Shown here: positions 33,357 through 44,100 of the stretch, in pieces
Layout: each line of letters starts with the position of its first letter
How positions within the stretch are numbered: the stretch's first letter is position 1
DNA from: an uncultured Candidatus Kuenenia sp.
GTDB lineage: Bacteria > Planctomycetota > Planctomycetia > Pirellulales > UBA1268
DNA: 64,000 nucleotides
Assembly (NCBI GenBank): GCA_964545915.1
Contig: CAZJHQ010000003.1
Location: 25,582-89,581 of the forward strand
Direction: 5' to 3'
The notes under the pieces: generated by a model
Told to the model about the DNA's origin: nothing
Databases searched by the model: none
The model's input: the letters and a program-made list of their open reading frames with translations, nothing else
Position numbers and translations under genes: made by a program

Positions 33357-34544
33357 ATGGATTCCGCCGCGTTTTTACGGGTCGCCGCCGATTGGAGCCA
33401 CTGGGATGCCCCGCCCGGGCGGTCCGTGCCGCGGTCGGTGCGGCTGCCGATCGAGTTCCGGCCGGATCTCGCCCTCGTCGTGCAGGGGGTTCGACGGTCG
33501 GGGAAATCGACGCTCCTGCGGCAGTTGATCGACCGCTACCGGCTCGATCGCACGCGGTGTCTCTTCGTCAACTTCGAGGATCCCCGGCTGGCAAGCGCGC
33601 TTGATCACGCCACGCTCGACATGATGGTCGAGGCGTTCGAGGCCGACCGCGGCCCCGGCTGCACCTACATGCTCGACGAGATCCAGTGGGTGGATGGATG
33701 GCAGCGGTGGCTGCGGTCGCAGCTGGACCGGCCCCGCGGCAGGCGGTTCGTCGTCACCGGTTCCAACGCACAACTTTTGTCGGGAGAGCTTGGGTCATCG
33801 CTCACCGGTCGTCATCACGCGGTGGAGGTCTTCCCGTTCGACCTTGCAGAGTTCCGCCTCGCCAGGCCGGCCGCGAAGCTCGGCGACTACCTCGACTGCG
33901 GAGGCTTTCCCGCGGTCGTGAAGTCGCCCGACCGCGACATGCTCCTGCGGGGATATTTTCAGGACATCGTCGAACGCGACATGCGCGATCGGGTGGCGGC
34001 GCGTTCGAGCCTGCCGCTGCGGCAGCTCGTGCAGATGCTCTATGAATCGGCCGGCGCCGAGACGAGCGTTCGACGGGCCGCCGCCGCCCTCGGCATCTCC
34101 GTCGATACTGCCGGCCTCTACCTGGAGGCTGCCGAGAGTGCGTATCTTGCGATGGCCTGTCCCTTCTTCGCCTGGTCGTCCCGCAAGCGGCTCGCGCGGA
34201 ACCGGAAGTTCTATCCGGTCGATACGGGCCTGCGACGCGTGGCCGTGACGGCGACGGGCCGCGACCGGGGCAAGCAGCTCGAGTGTGCGACGTTTCTCCT
34301 CTTGCGGCGGCGGTTCGGCCGCGTCTCCTACTGGCGGGGGCGGGGGGAGGTCGATTTCGTCGTCGAGGGGCCGCGCGGGCCGATCCCGGTGCAGGTGAGC
34401 TGGGACGAGACCACGGAACGGGCGCAGCGGGCGGTGGACGAGTTTCACGCCGCCCATCCGACGGCCGCCGAGGCCGTGTTCGTCACGGCCGCATCATTCG
34501 AGGCGGGCGTTCCAGAGCTGGCCGGGCCGGAATTCGACGGCTGA
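33357..34544 (+). CDS. AAA-family ATPase with DUF4143-like C-terminal domain
   Basis: Walker A GVRRSGKST; Walker B TYMLDEIQ. The C-terminal half has a restriction-endonuclease-like core typical of this family (EVDFVVE). Confidence 0.8.
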   Translation: MDSAAFLRVAADWSHWDAPPGRSVPRSVRLPIEFRPDLALVVQGVRRSGKSTLLRQLIDRYRLDRTRCLFVNFEDPRLASALDHATLDMMVEAFEADRGPGCTYMLDEIQWVDGWQRWLRSQLDRPRGRRFVVTGSNAQLLSGELGSSLTGRHHAVEVFPFDLAEFRLARPAAKLGDYLDCGGFPAVVKSPDRDMLLRGYFQDIVERDMRDRVAARSSLPLRQLVQMLYESAGAETSVRRAAAALGISVDTAGLYLEAAESAYLAMACPFFAWSSRKRLARNRKFYPVDTGLRRVAVTATGRDRGKQLECATFLLLRRRFGRVSYWRGRGEVDFVVEGPRGPIPVQVSWDETTERAQRAVDEFHAAHPTAAEAVFVTAASFEAGVPELAGPEFDG

Positions 34545-34551
34545 TCGCAAT

Positions 34552-36216
34552 TCAGAGGGCGATTGAGAGGCCGACGTCGTCGTTGCCCTCGGGCTTTTCG
34601 ACGCCCGGAGCGGGCGGGCCGCCGTCGTCCTCGCCGTCGAGGCCGACGGAGTAGACCACGAGTCTGCCGTCGTCGGTTCGTCGCGAGCGAAGCGGGGCAT
34701 CGTCCGTAAACGGGTCGCGGGGCACCGCGGGGAGGTGTGCCGGCACGAGCGAGGCCGCAGACTCGGGGAGCGTGGCGGTGGCGATCCGGTATCGCGTGGC
34801 GGCGACGAGCACCTCGGCCGCGCGATGGGTGGCCGCGGCCTTGATGATCTGGGTCCGGAACGTGCCACCGAGCGCGCGCACCAGGCTGCCGAACAGCCCG
34901 GCCTGCCGCTGCTGCACGTCACGTTCGATCGCCGCCACCTGCTCCTTGATCTGCGGGTAGCCTAACGTCGTGTCACTGGCGACGTCCTGATACCGCCACA
35001 GCATGCTTTGGTACGCTGCCAATTCGGACGGCATGAGGAACCAGCGAAAGATCTCCGCGAACCTCTTTTTGAACGATGGCCAACGGGTCACCGTTCCAGT
35101 CATGTCCCCCATGTCCTCTACACCGTATTTACCGTCCGCGAGATCGGCCATCGCGCACAGCCCAAACGCCTCCTCGCCGTAGAAGTTCCGTTGGAGCGAC
35201 GGCATCGTGCCGAGGAAATCTGTCGAAGACGGTTCGTCGAGCAGCGGCAGGTCGGTCGCCCTGATCGCGGGTAGCACGGCGGCGAGTGTCTCGATCGCGA
35301 CGGTATCGATCGCGGTACCCATCCAGCCGGCGATCAGGACCGGTTCGTCCGCGAAGTGCATTCCGAGGCGATGGATGCGGACGACGTCGCGCAGGGCCGC
35401 GGCCACGTCGCCGTCGGCAGCCGCACAGCGGGCGGCGAGGGCGAGGAGTTTCGCCCCCATCCGCAGCGAGGCGAATTCCGGCAGACGCATGCTGAACGAC
35501 GGTCGTGACCAGTCGCGGACGAACCGGCAGCCCGGCCTGTCGGCCGCCCGGCGCAGGAGGTCGAGCGTCGGGGCGTGGCGGGCGAGGATCGCCTGCACGT
35601 CGGCGGCGGCGACGTCGGCCGCGAGCGGTTCGGAAAGCGGCGACTTCTCTCCGGAAAGCGTCTTGTCGGCCTCGATCGCCGCGAACGCCCGCCGATAGAG
35701 CGGCGCAGCGTCGTCGTCGGCCGCCGGCGCCGGCGGCAGGCTCGCCTGCATGAGTTGCGCCGCCTCTGCCCGCAGGGCCCGGCTGCGCGCGAGCGATTCG
35801 TGGTCGATCGAGACGAGCGTGCCGTATGTCACGGCCTCCGCGATGAGGTGCATCGCCGCGAGGCCGAAGAGGGGCCAGGCCGCCGCCACGAAGCCACCGC
35901 CCGATCCGCCGAGCCCCGCCGTGGCCCGCGACAGGCCGGCCCGACGAATCCACAGGCCGCCGATGAGGGCCGAGAGGAAGGCCGTGAGCGTCAGTCCGAA
36001 CAAGTTCCCGGTGTTCGCCGGCATCTGCCCCGAGAATGCCAGGTAGCCCGTGAGGACGAGCCACGGCAGCAGCAAAAGCAGCGGCAGGAGCACGCCCACC
36101 GCCGCGAGCAGCCGCCGCAGCCAGCGCCGCTCGGTGCGGGCCGCCGCCGCGACGCACGCGGCCGTCCAGAACAGGCAGGCGGCGATAGCGGCCGCAAAGA
36201 ACAGCCCATGAGCCAT
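34552..36216 (-). CDS. membrane protein of unknown function (N-terminal polytopic segment + large soluble domain)
   Basis: ATG 36216 (MAHGLFFAAAIAACLFW), with 3-4 hydrophobic helices. Its start overlaps the stop of the anti-sigma-like gene by 1 nt. Confidence 0.7.
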   Translation of the reverse strand: MAHGLFFAAAIAACLFWTAACVAAAARTERRWLRRLLAAVGVLLPLLLLLPWLVLTGYLAFSGQMPANTGNLFGLTLTAFLSALIGGLWIRRAGLSRATAGLGGSGGGFVAAAWPLFGLAAMHLIAEAVTYGTLVSIDHESLARSRALRAEAAQLMQASLPPAPAADDDAAPLYRRAFAAIEADKTLSGEKSPLSEPLAADVAAADVQAILARHAPTLDLLRRAADRPGCRFVRDWSRPSFSMRLPEFASLRMGAKLLALAARCAAADGDVAAALRDVVRIHRLGMHFADEPVLIAGWMGTAIDTVAIETLAAVLPAIRATDLPLLDEPSSTDFLGTMPSLQRNFYGEEAFGLCAMADLADGKYGVEDMGDMTGTVTRWPSFKKRFAEIFRWFLMPSELAAYQSMLWRYQDVASDTTLGYPQIKEQVAAIERDVQQRQAGLFGSLVRALGGTFRTQIIKAAATHRAAEVLVAATRYRIATATLPESAASLVPAHLPAVPRDPFTDDAPLRSRRTDDGRLVVYSVGLDGEDDGGPPAPGVEKPEGNDDVGLSIAL

Positions 36217-36686
36217 CAGAGCATCTCCTTGAGAAGGCGTTGGGTTTCCTGGACATGCGACACGGGGCGGCGCGGTGGGATGTCGTGCTGCGTGCGGACT
36301 GGCGCGGCGACGGCGTTGCGCCGCTCCGGACCGGCAACCGCGGCCAGTAGCGATTCGTCGGCCACGCCGGCGGCCCGCAGCCGCGCGACGATCGTCGGCC
36401 GCGGCGCTCGGTACACGGCATCCACACTCGCCACGACAGGCACCGTGAGCGCGAGCCCCAGGGCCGCAGCGACCGCCCACTCCCAGGCGGGGATCCACAC
36501 GTCATCGTCGTCGCGGCGCGGGCTCGGTCGCGGCGGCGCGACTGCGTCGTCCACCGCCATCAAGACGCGGCTGAGCAGGGCGGCGGGCGGGTCGGCGGCG
36601 ATGCGCTGCGCGAGCCGTCGCTCGACCGCGGCGAGGTGTGGGCCGAGATTCGGGGTCGGATCAGGTTGCATGGCTCGATCGTTCAT
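36216..36686 (-). CDS. anti-sigma-like single-pass protein
   Basis: Position between the ECF sigma gene and the membrane protein. TM WEWAVAAALGLALTVPVVA. ATGA overlap with the sigma gene. Confidence 0.6.
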   Translation of the reverse strand: MNDRAMQPDPTPNLGPHLAAVERRLAQRIAADPPAALLSRVLMAVDDAVAPPRPSPRRDDDDVWIPAWEWAVAAALGLALTVPVVASVDAVYRAPRPTIVARLRAAGVADESLLAAVAGPERRNAVAAPVRTQHDIPPRRPVSHVQETQRLLKEML

Positions 36687-37216
36687 CGGCGGATCTCCTC
36701 GGCGAGGGCGGCGCGGAGCTTTTCGAGGGCGTAGCGATAGCGGCTGGCGGCTGTGTTGGCCGAGATGCCGATCACGGCCGCGATCTCGGCGAACGTGAGG
36801 CCGCCGTCGATCTTGAGGGCGATCACCTCCCGCTGCGCGATGGGCAACGCCGCGACCGCCGCGGCGAGCGCCTCATCCTCGATCTCGGCCGGCTGGCTGG
36901 TGAAGCCTCCGGCGTCGAGCCGCTCCTGGCCAAGCCGGTCGATCGATCGCCTCGCGAGCGACGCCCGCCGGCTTTGACGGCCGACCGCGTGGCGGAGCAT
37001 CGTGAAGACGTAGCCGTCGAGATCGGTGACACGAGCGAGCTTCTGACGGTGGCGGGCGAGATCCACAAACAGGTCGTGGACGACGTCTTCGGCTTCGGCG
37101 GTGGAGGCCAGCATGGTGAGGGCCGTGCGGTAGAGGCGGACTCCGAGCCGGTCGTAGAGGGCGGCGAAAGCCTCCCGGTCGCCGTCCGCCAGGGATTGTG
37201 TGAGCGGCGTGGGCAC
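36683..37216 (-). CDS. ECF-type RNA polymerase sigma factor
   Basis: Region 2 AEDVVHDLFVDLAR; region 4 LTFAEIAAVIGISANTAASRYRYALEKLR. Confidence 0.85.
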   Translation of the reverse strand: MPTPLTQSLADGDREAFAALYDRLGVRLYRTALTMLASTAEAEDVVHDLFVDLARHRQKLARVTDLDGYVFTMLRHAVGRQSRRASLARRSIDRLGQERLDAGGFTSQPAEIEDEALAAAVAALPIAQREVIALKIDGGLTFAEIAAVIGISANTAASRYRYALEKLRAALAEEIRR

Positions 37217-37339
37217 CGTCTGACTCCGCCACTTGTTCCCAGCGACTGTTGTCCAACTTCAAGGAGCCGCCGGGCCGGGAATTTTGTCTGGCGGATTTTT
37301 GGCCAGCCCTCCTGTCCTAATTTCTCCGCGGCACCCAGC

Positions 37340-38131
37340 ATGCAAACCAGCCTCGTCCAACAGATCGCGCTCACGACGTATGGCAACGCCCACCTCCGCT
37401 ACGCTCCCGGCGTGGACTGGACGGCGTTCTATCCGTCGAACAGCTCGTTTTCCTACTGCGAATTCGTCCGATTCGTGGATCGTGGCGGCCGCGAAGCCGA
37501 CGCAACCGTCGCGCCGTATGCCTCGGATCCCGTCGGCTGGTTTGAACGGCTTGCTCACGACGGCGTTTCGCGGCTGCGGCTCGCCTGCGGCATTCTGCCG
37601 GGCGATCGCCATCCCCGATGGTTCAACGAGGCGATCACGCCGAAGGGGGTCGACATCTGGGATGCCCGCTGGGAAATCGGTGATCAAAGCCGCGCGGATA
37701 AGAAGATCTGGCGGGTCACCTATGCCCGGGTCGAGTCGGATCAGCCGATGACGCAACTGCCGCCCATCGACGCGGCCGATCTCGTTCGCCGCTTCACCGC
37801 CAGCCTCGTGGAATGCGGCGACCTCGCCCGCAGGCACGGCATGGACTGGTTTGCCAAGGCGTTCGACAACGGTCGGGCGGCGCTCGAAGGAACACCGACA
37901 GACACGGTCGGCTACGAGCTCGTGCCGGAATCGATCCTGCCAGCCGACGCGCGGCAGCTGCTCGCGGCCGTGCAATCGTCGTGGGTCTTCGGCGGCATGG
38001 GCTCGTGGAACGACGTGAGCTTCGAGGGAGCCGATCACGAGATCTATCAGCGGTCGTCTCAGGAACTCTATCGGGCTCTCAACGAGGCCTTGATCGTGGC
38101 CGTGAATCCCCTCCCGCATTCCGGCGGCTGA
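37340..38131 (+). CDS. hypothetical protein (263 aa)
   Basis: ATG 37340, divergent from the ECF operon, with normal amino-acid composition. Contains VFGGMGSWNDVSF. No family recognised. Confidence 0.6.
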   Translation: MQTSLVQQIALTTYGNAHLRYAPGVDWTAFYPSNSSFSYCEFVRFVDRGGREADATVAPYASDPVGWFERLAHDGVSRLRLACGILPGDRHPRWFNEAITPKGVDIWDARWEIGDQSRADKKIWRVTYARVESDQPMTQLPPIDAADLVRRFTASLVECGDLARRHGMDWFAKAFDNGRAALEGTPTDTVGYELVPESILPADARQLLAAVQSSWVFGGMGSWNDVSFEGADHEIYQRSSQELYRALNEALIVAVNPLPHSGG

Positions 38132-38135
38132 AAAA

Positions 38136-38215
38136 GGATAAGACGGTCAACGGCGGTTCCGCAATCGATTCGATGGTGTCGGCCAGCCTTTGACCGGGCG
38201 TGGGGCCGTCGCTGA
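38136..38215 (-). repeat. A-type IS91-family terminus, 80-nt copy A2, cut by the B-type element
   Basis: Same sequence as 31550-31629. Ends at GCTGA, directly abutting the B-type terminus at 38217. Confidence 0.8.
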
Positions 38216-38216
38216 A

Positions 38217-39685
38217 GGATAGCCCGGTCAATGACACTTCCTCAACGGTCTTCCGGCCGATGAGCGACTCGTGAGCCTCGGGAGGAGCGGCCCGGGCGTC
38301 CGGAGCGGGTTTCTCGAAACGCCCCGCACCCGCTTCGGTGGCGTTTTTCTCGCGTCTCTAGCAGACCGCGTCCCCGTTCGCAGTTTCCCGACAGTCGTGG
38401 GTCGCGTCCGGCACCGCTCAGAGGCTGTGAATATCGATCGCGGGCAGTTCGTCTATCCGTCGCTTGAAAGACGTCGCGATCGTCATGGATCTGCACGAGC
38501 TCGCCCCAGTCGGTGGGCGGTCCACGAGCGGGTGACACCGGTGGTGGCTCGAGCGGTTCGCCACTCTGTTTGAAGCAACACGGGCGTGAGGATTTTCCGG
38601 ATCGGCCCTGGCTCCGTGATGAAGGCAATGAGCCGGATGTCGCCACCGCAGTTCGGGCACGCGAGTGGAAACTCCTCCCCGACCCTCGCCATCAGCTTGG
38701 CCCAGGCAATCCGTGACGTGTCGTGGGAGCGGGGCTTTTGATTCGGATTCGCGTCACAACAGCCCCCCGTGGCGCGACCGCCGGCCGCATGCCCACCGGT
38801 CACAGCCTCGCGCCGCTTGCCGACGTTCCCGATCGCGAGCGACGTGACGGCGGGCCTGAGCTTGTGGTTGGGTGCAAAGACGCCGTGATACCGATGCCGG
38901 TGCTTGCGCGGCGGCGGAACGAGATCGGCGAGCCGGTCGAGGAACTCAAACGGCGTGAGTTCGACAACTCCATTGGCTCCTGGCCGCTTGGACTTCCGCC
39001 CACGACCCCGCCCGACCCAGTTGGCCGCCTTGTGCCGCGGGAGCACGTAGCGCACTTGGGTGATGCGGCCGGCTGGGCCGCGGATCACGGACAGTCGCTC
39101 CAATGCAAAAGGGGGCCGGGCGCAGTATCGGAGAAGATGCTCGAGACTCTGAAAATAGCTCGGCACGTCGCGGTCGATGAGCGTGATCCTGACGCTCGCA
39201 TCGACTGAAAACCCGCTGTTCTCCCAGGCGAGCATATCGGCGGTGGCCGCGGCGTCGAGCAGGCGAGCAAGCCTGAACCACCGGATCACGCGGCGACGCA
39301 CCCGCCCGGTAAGCGCGGCCAGGTCAGCCTGGATGATTGGCCGCGTCGCCAGGAACGCCGGCGGGGCGGCACCGCCTGCCCCGTTGGCCGACGGCATGAA
39401 GACGCCGTCGGTCACGCAGGCGTGGAGATGCACATGATGGTTGAGCGCCGAGCCGAAGCGGTGGAGCCCGCACTCGAGATAGCCGCCGAGTTCGTCCTCG
39501 ACGTATGCCGGCACGAGCCGCTCGGCGGCTTCCCGCCAGGCGAGCCAGCTCTCGAGGTTCTCCGAGACCAACTTATGGAGCGGTGTCTTCTCGGGGCGAC
39601 GCCGCTGGTAACGGCGGGACGGCGCGGGGCCTCCGTGCGGTCGGCGTCGGCTTCGTGCGGGAAACCCTGTGACCGCGGCGACCAT
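38217..39685 (-). mobile_element. degenerate IS91-family (rolling-circle, HUH-Y2) element, B-type terminus plus decayed transposase
   Basis: Terminus GGATAGCCCGGTCAATGACACTTCC... at 38217. About 200 nt of conserved non-coding end, then the transposase reading frame(s). Confidence 0.8.
38483..39685 (-). pseudogene. IS91-family transposase, internally deleted and C-terminally frameshifted
   Basis: RFGSALNHHVHLHACVTDGVF (HUH) and LLRYCARPPFALERL (Tyr motif) are present. The Zn-binding segment seen in the 58012-58524 copy (CTRCGH...CKGRGVCPSC) is missing. The C-terminal GEPLEPPPVSPARGPPTDWGELV and IDIHSL are found in two other frames. Confidence 0.8.
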
Positions 39686-40018
39686 GGGCGGACCGGCAGG
39701 TGGACGGCAAGAGGAAACAGTCGTACACCATCCGCGGGACGGGGCGGTTCGCCACCAGCCGAGCGCAAGGCTCGGAGGCCGAGCAAACGAATCGGGGGCA
39801 TGCCGAGGCGGCGGCGTGTCGCTTAGGGACGGTGGAGGACTACCTCGCGAACGGGACGACTACCGGCGCTGAAAGCGCCCTGATCGTCACCCGTCGCTTC
39901 GGCGCACAACCGTGCAGTTTTCTGCAAGGGGAGGATCGGGGCGATAGCCCCGACCACCCCCCCCTACAGAGAGAGGCTCGCGAGTCGCTCATCAGCCGGA
40001 AGACCGTTGCCGAAGTGC

Positions 40019-40770
40019 CGGGGGCCAATGGCGTCGTCGAACTCACGCCGTTTGAGTTCCTCGACCGGCTCGCCGCTCTCGTCCCCCCGCCGCGGAAGCA
40101 CCGGCACCGATATCACGGAGTATTCGCGCCGAACCACAAGCTCAGGCGGGCAGTCACGGCGCTGGCGGTCGGGAATGTCGGCCAGCAACGCGAGGCCACG
40201 GCCGGCGGGTATGCGAGCGACGACCATGCCACGGGAGGCTGCTGCGACGCGAATCACTTGACCCTAAAACCCCGCTCGCACGACACGTCACGGATTGCCT
40301 GGGTAAAGCTGATGGCCCGGGTGGGTCAGGAGTTTCCACTCGCGTGCCCGAACTGCAGTGGCGACATCCGCCTGATCGCGTTCATCACGGAGCCGGGCCC
40401 GATCCGGAAGATTCTCACACACCTTGGCGAACCGCTCGACCCGCCGCCAGTCTCACCGGCCCGGGGACCGCCCACCGACTGGGGCGAGCTTGTCCAGGCT
40501 GATGAAGACCGCGAAGCGGTTCAGGGGTCGCCCCACGAGCTGCCCGTGATCGACATCCACAGCCTCTGAGCGGTGCCAGACGCGACCCGCGCATGCCGGG
40601 AAACTGCGAACTGGGACGCGGTCTGCTAGAGACGCGAGAAAAAAGCCACCGAACCGGGTGCGGGAAGTTTCGAGAAACCCGCTCCGGAAGCCCGGGCCGC
40701 TTCTCCCGAAATCCACGAGTCGCTCATCAGCCCGAAAACCGTTCCGGAAGTGCGATTGACCGGACTATCC
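40019..40770 (+). mobile_element. IS91-family 3' fragment: C-terminal ~180 codons of the transposase plus B-type terminus (B2)
   Basis: PGANGVVELTPFEFLDRLAALVPPPRKHRHRYHGVFAPNHKL...ACPNCSGDIRLIAFITEPGPIRKIL...VIDIHSL, stop at 40569. Terminus ...CGATTGACCGGACTATCC ends at 40770. Confidence 0.85.
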
Positions 40771-41125
40771 TTTCACGCCGGTGTTCTTCGTGTCGATGGC
40801 GATCGGCGAGGATTTCCTCGCCGGCTTCGACCTGTGGCTCGTCGTCCTGGTCACGGCCGTCGCCTTCCTGGGAAAGATCTGCGGCGTGTTCATCGGCGGG
40901 CGGATGGCGGGGATGAACGGCCGGCAGTCGCTCGCGGTGGGCTGCGGCCTCAACGCCCGGGGAATCCTCGGCATCGTGATGGCCACGGCCGCCCACGACG
41001 CCCGGCTCATCGATCTGCGGCTGTTCGTGGCCTGCGTGCTGATGTGCGTGCTGACCACCATGGCCGCCGGGCCGGCCTTGCAACTGATCATCGGCAGCGA
41101 CGACCGCGAGCCGGCGCCCGCCTGA
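40771..41125 (+). pseudogene. C-terminal fragment of a cation:proton antiporter (CPA-type)
   Basis: GEDFLAGFDLWLVVLVTAVAFLGKICGVFIGGRMAGMNGRQSLAVGCGLNARG is typical of the last TM helices of Kef/NhaP-type exchangers. Begins exactly at the IS terminus. Confidence 0.65.
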
Positions 41126-41155
41126 CAAGCCCCCGGCTCGGGCGACGCCCCTCGC

Positions 41156-44100
41156 TCATCCGCCGGTCGTCGCCGTCGGCCGCCCGCCCGGCTCGCCTCC
41201 CGAACGTCCGGTCGGCGGCGGCTGGGACTCGGCGGCCGGCGAGGGGTCGCGGATCCAGGCCAGGATGTCGGCGACATCCTGGGGCGTGAGCACCCTGGCG
41301 AGCGAATCCGGCATCAGCGACACCTGGCTCGCCGAAAGCTCCTCGATGTCCTTCCGCAGCACGGTCTGCGACTTTCCTTCCTGCTGCTTGAGCGTCACGC
41401 TCGAGGCCGTTTCGGCCGCCAGCAGCCCCGTGAACACCTGGCCGCCCGTGGTGACGAGGGTGTAGGAGGTGTAGCCGCCGGAGATCTGCGCGCTGGGAGC
41501 GAGGATCGAAAGCAGGAGGGACTGCTCGGGCTGCTGCGCCTCGGCCGTCAACGACGGTCCCACCGCCACGCCCTGTCCGTGGGCCTGGTGGCAGACGCCG
41601 CAGTGTTGCTTGAACAGCATGCCGCCGCGGGTCCGGTCCCGCGGCTTCGCCAGGGCCTGCGAATACACGGTGATCCGCCCGTCGAGGTTCGCCACCAGCT
41701 TGGCGAATTGGGCGTGAGCCCGCCGGGCGAGCGTCGTGTCGGGGTGCCGCTCGAGGGCCGTCCGCTGCATGGCCGAGCACGCCGATGCCGGCAGGGCCCC
41801 CGCCTCCAGCGCATCGACGACCGCGGGCATCCGGTCGGTGCGGGCGAAGCAGGCCTGGAGGATCGCCTCGCGGACGACCGGCGTGGCCCCCTCGAAATTG
41901 CGAATCAACGCCGCCGTGACCGCGGGATCACTTTCGGCGGCGAGTTCCCGCACGGCCGCCAGCCGCAGCTCCGGTTCCGCGAGGGTTTCACCGACCCGGT
42001 CCGTCAGCGTGGCGATCCGCCGCTCCCGCTCGGCGGCGGTCTCGATCCTCATCAGCCGGACCAGGTCGCGGGCGGACGCGGCGACGACCGGGTCGGCGTC
42101 ATCCGTCGCCGCCCGCACGGCCGCCACGGTCCCCGCCTCCAGCTTCACGGCGACGGGCCCGCTGAACGCGCTGCACAGCCCTCGCCAGGCCGCCTGACGC
42201 AACGCGTCGTCGGGGCACCGGGCCAGCGCGGCGATGCCCGCCGCGAACTCGTCGGGATCCCGGCGGGCGGCGATGGCGGTGGCCAGCGGGCCCACGAGCG
42301 GGCCGGCCTTGCCGATCGCGGCCGGCTTGGCCAGCAGGGCTTCGAGCATCCGGCCGGCACGGCCCGAAAGCCCCGTCATCACGGCCGCGTCCATCCAGGG
42401 AACGTCGCCCGCGCGACGGGCGATATCCGCCAGCGTCTCGAGCACACGTGGGTCGTCCGTGCCTCCCAGGGCGATCGCCACCCGCCGCACGACGTCCGCG
42501 TCGGGATCATTCGCCAGGGCGTGAACCGCCGCGAAGAGTTCCCGGTCGCCGAGCTGCGGCTCGGCGATGGCCAGGGCATGGATCCGGACCGCAGCCTCGG
42601 GATGTCGGAGCCCGACGAGGACGTCCTGCGGGGCCGCCCGGCCTAGGGACTCGAGCGTCCTGAGGGCGTTGATGGCAGTGGTGCGGGCCGCAGTCGGCGT
42701 GATCAGCCGGCGAATGAGCGGTACCGCGGTCGCGACGTCGCCACGCTCCACCAGCAGCCGACGGGCGGTCTGCCGTCGCCAGAAACGCTCGCTCGCGAGT
42801 TCCTGCACCAGGGCGGGCGTGTCCAGCCCGTCGATGTCGGCCGCGGCCTGCGGGGCCCGCCTTTCGGGCACGATCTTCCAGATCCGACCGCGGTCCTTGC
42901 CATGGTCGAGTTCGTACTGCTGCTGCAGGTAACGCGGAATCGCCGAGTAGTCCTCGATGATCTCGCGGTAGAAGTCCACGACGGCCATGCCGCCGTCGGG
43001 TGCGTGAGCCAGGGCGATGGCATGGAACCAGACGTCCGTGGAGGTGAAGAACTCGCTCTCGGCCTCGGCGGGGATGCGGGTAAACTTCATCTTCCCGTCG
43101 TCGCGGACGAGCGCCCCCCGGGTGATGATGTTCTGCGACGGCTCGCAGGCGAAGCACTGACCGGCCAGGCCGGGAAGCGCCGTGTCGTCGTAGAACAGCG
43201 GGCCGCACAACGAGGTGAAGTAACCGTTGGCGGCCGATTCCGCGAGGCCATACCGCTGCCGGTAGAAATCGGCGAACTCCGCATTCTCGGCCCGCTTGGT
43301 CCGCCAGGGATGCGGGCGGCTCGTGGGATACGCCCGTTCGTCACGCGTGGCCTTCTGCTGGACCGATGCGAGAGCGTAGTCGCGGTTGCGGGCCAAGGCC
43401 TGCCAGGGGATGGGGGCCGTGAGGATCGCGGGGGTGGTGGTGTTGATGACCAGCCGCTCGCCCCGGTCGGTGAACGTGAGACCGAAGGTCTGGGTGAAGC
43501 CCACCAGGGGTTCGATGGCGGACCCGTCGGCCTTGAAGCGGAAGTCGCACCTGGGGAGATCGACCGGCGCGGCGAGCCGCGGCCCGGTTATCCGCCCGCC
43601 GCCGGCGCCGCTGGCCCCCGCGTAGATCCAGTCGTCATGCCCCCATTGCGGCTGACTGACGCCCCGCTCGAAAATCCCGGAGGGGAGGCCTTCGTAGAGC
43701 ACCTCCCGCACCTCGGCCACGCCGTCGCCATCGCGATCGGCCAGGAAGACGATCTGCGGCGCGGCGACGGCGATGATGCCGTCGCGGGCGGGGCAGATGC
43801 CGTAGCAGCCCGGCAGCCGGTCGGCGAACACGGTCGCCTTGTCCATGCGGCCATCGCCGTCGGTGTCGGCGAGCAGCTTGACGGTGCCGTGGGTCGCCGC
43901 GGCGGCCTTCTGCCTGGCCTCCGGGCCGGCGCTGATCCGCCTGACCTGCGTGTCCAGCCGCCCGGTCTTGTTCAACTCCTCGATGTCGAACTGTCCCTCC
44001 AGGTTGTAGCCGTGCAATTCCGAGACGAAGAGGCGGCCACGGGCATCCCAGCACACGCCGGACGGCTCGTTGATGAGCGGCTCGGCGGCGACCAGTTCGA

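Noticed and set aside
39700-40018. N-terminal part of the 289-aa ORF 39700-40569
   Set aside because: It is a read-through across an aberrant joint. The first ~105 codons have no transposase similarity and include a translated piece of the non-coding IS terminus. Only 40019-40569 is a genuine transposase remnant.
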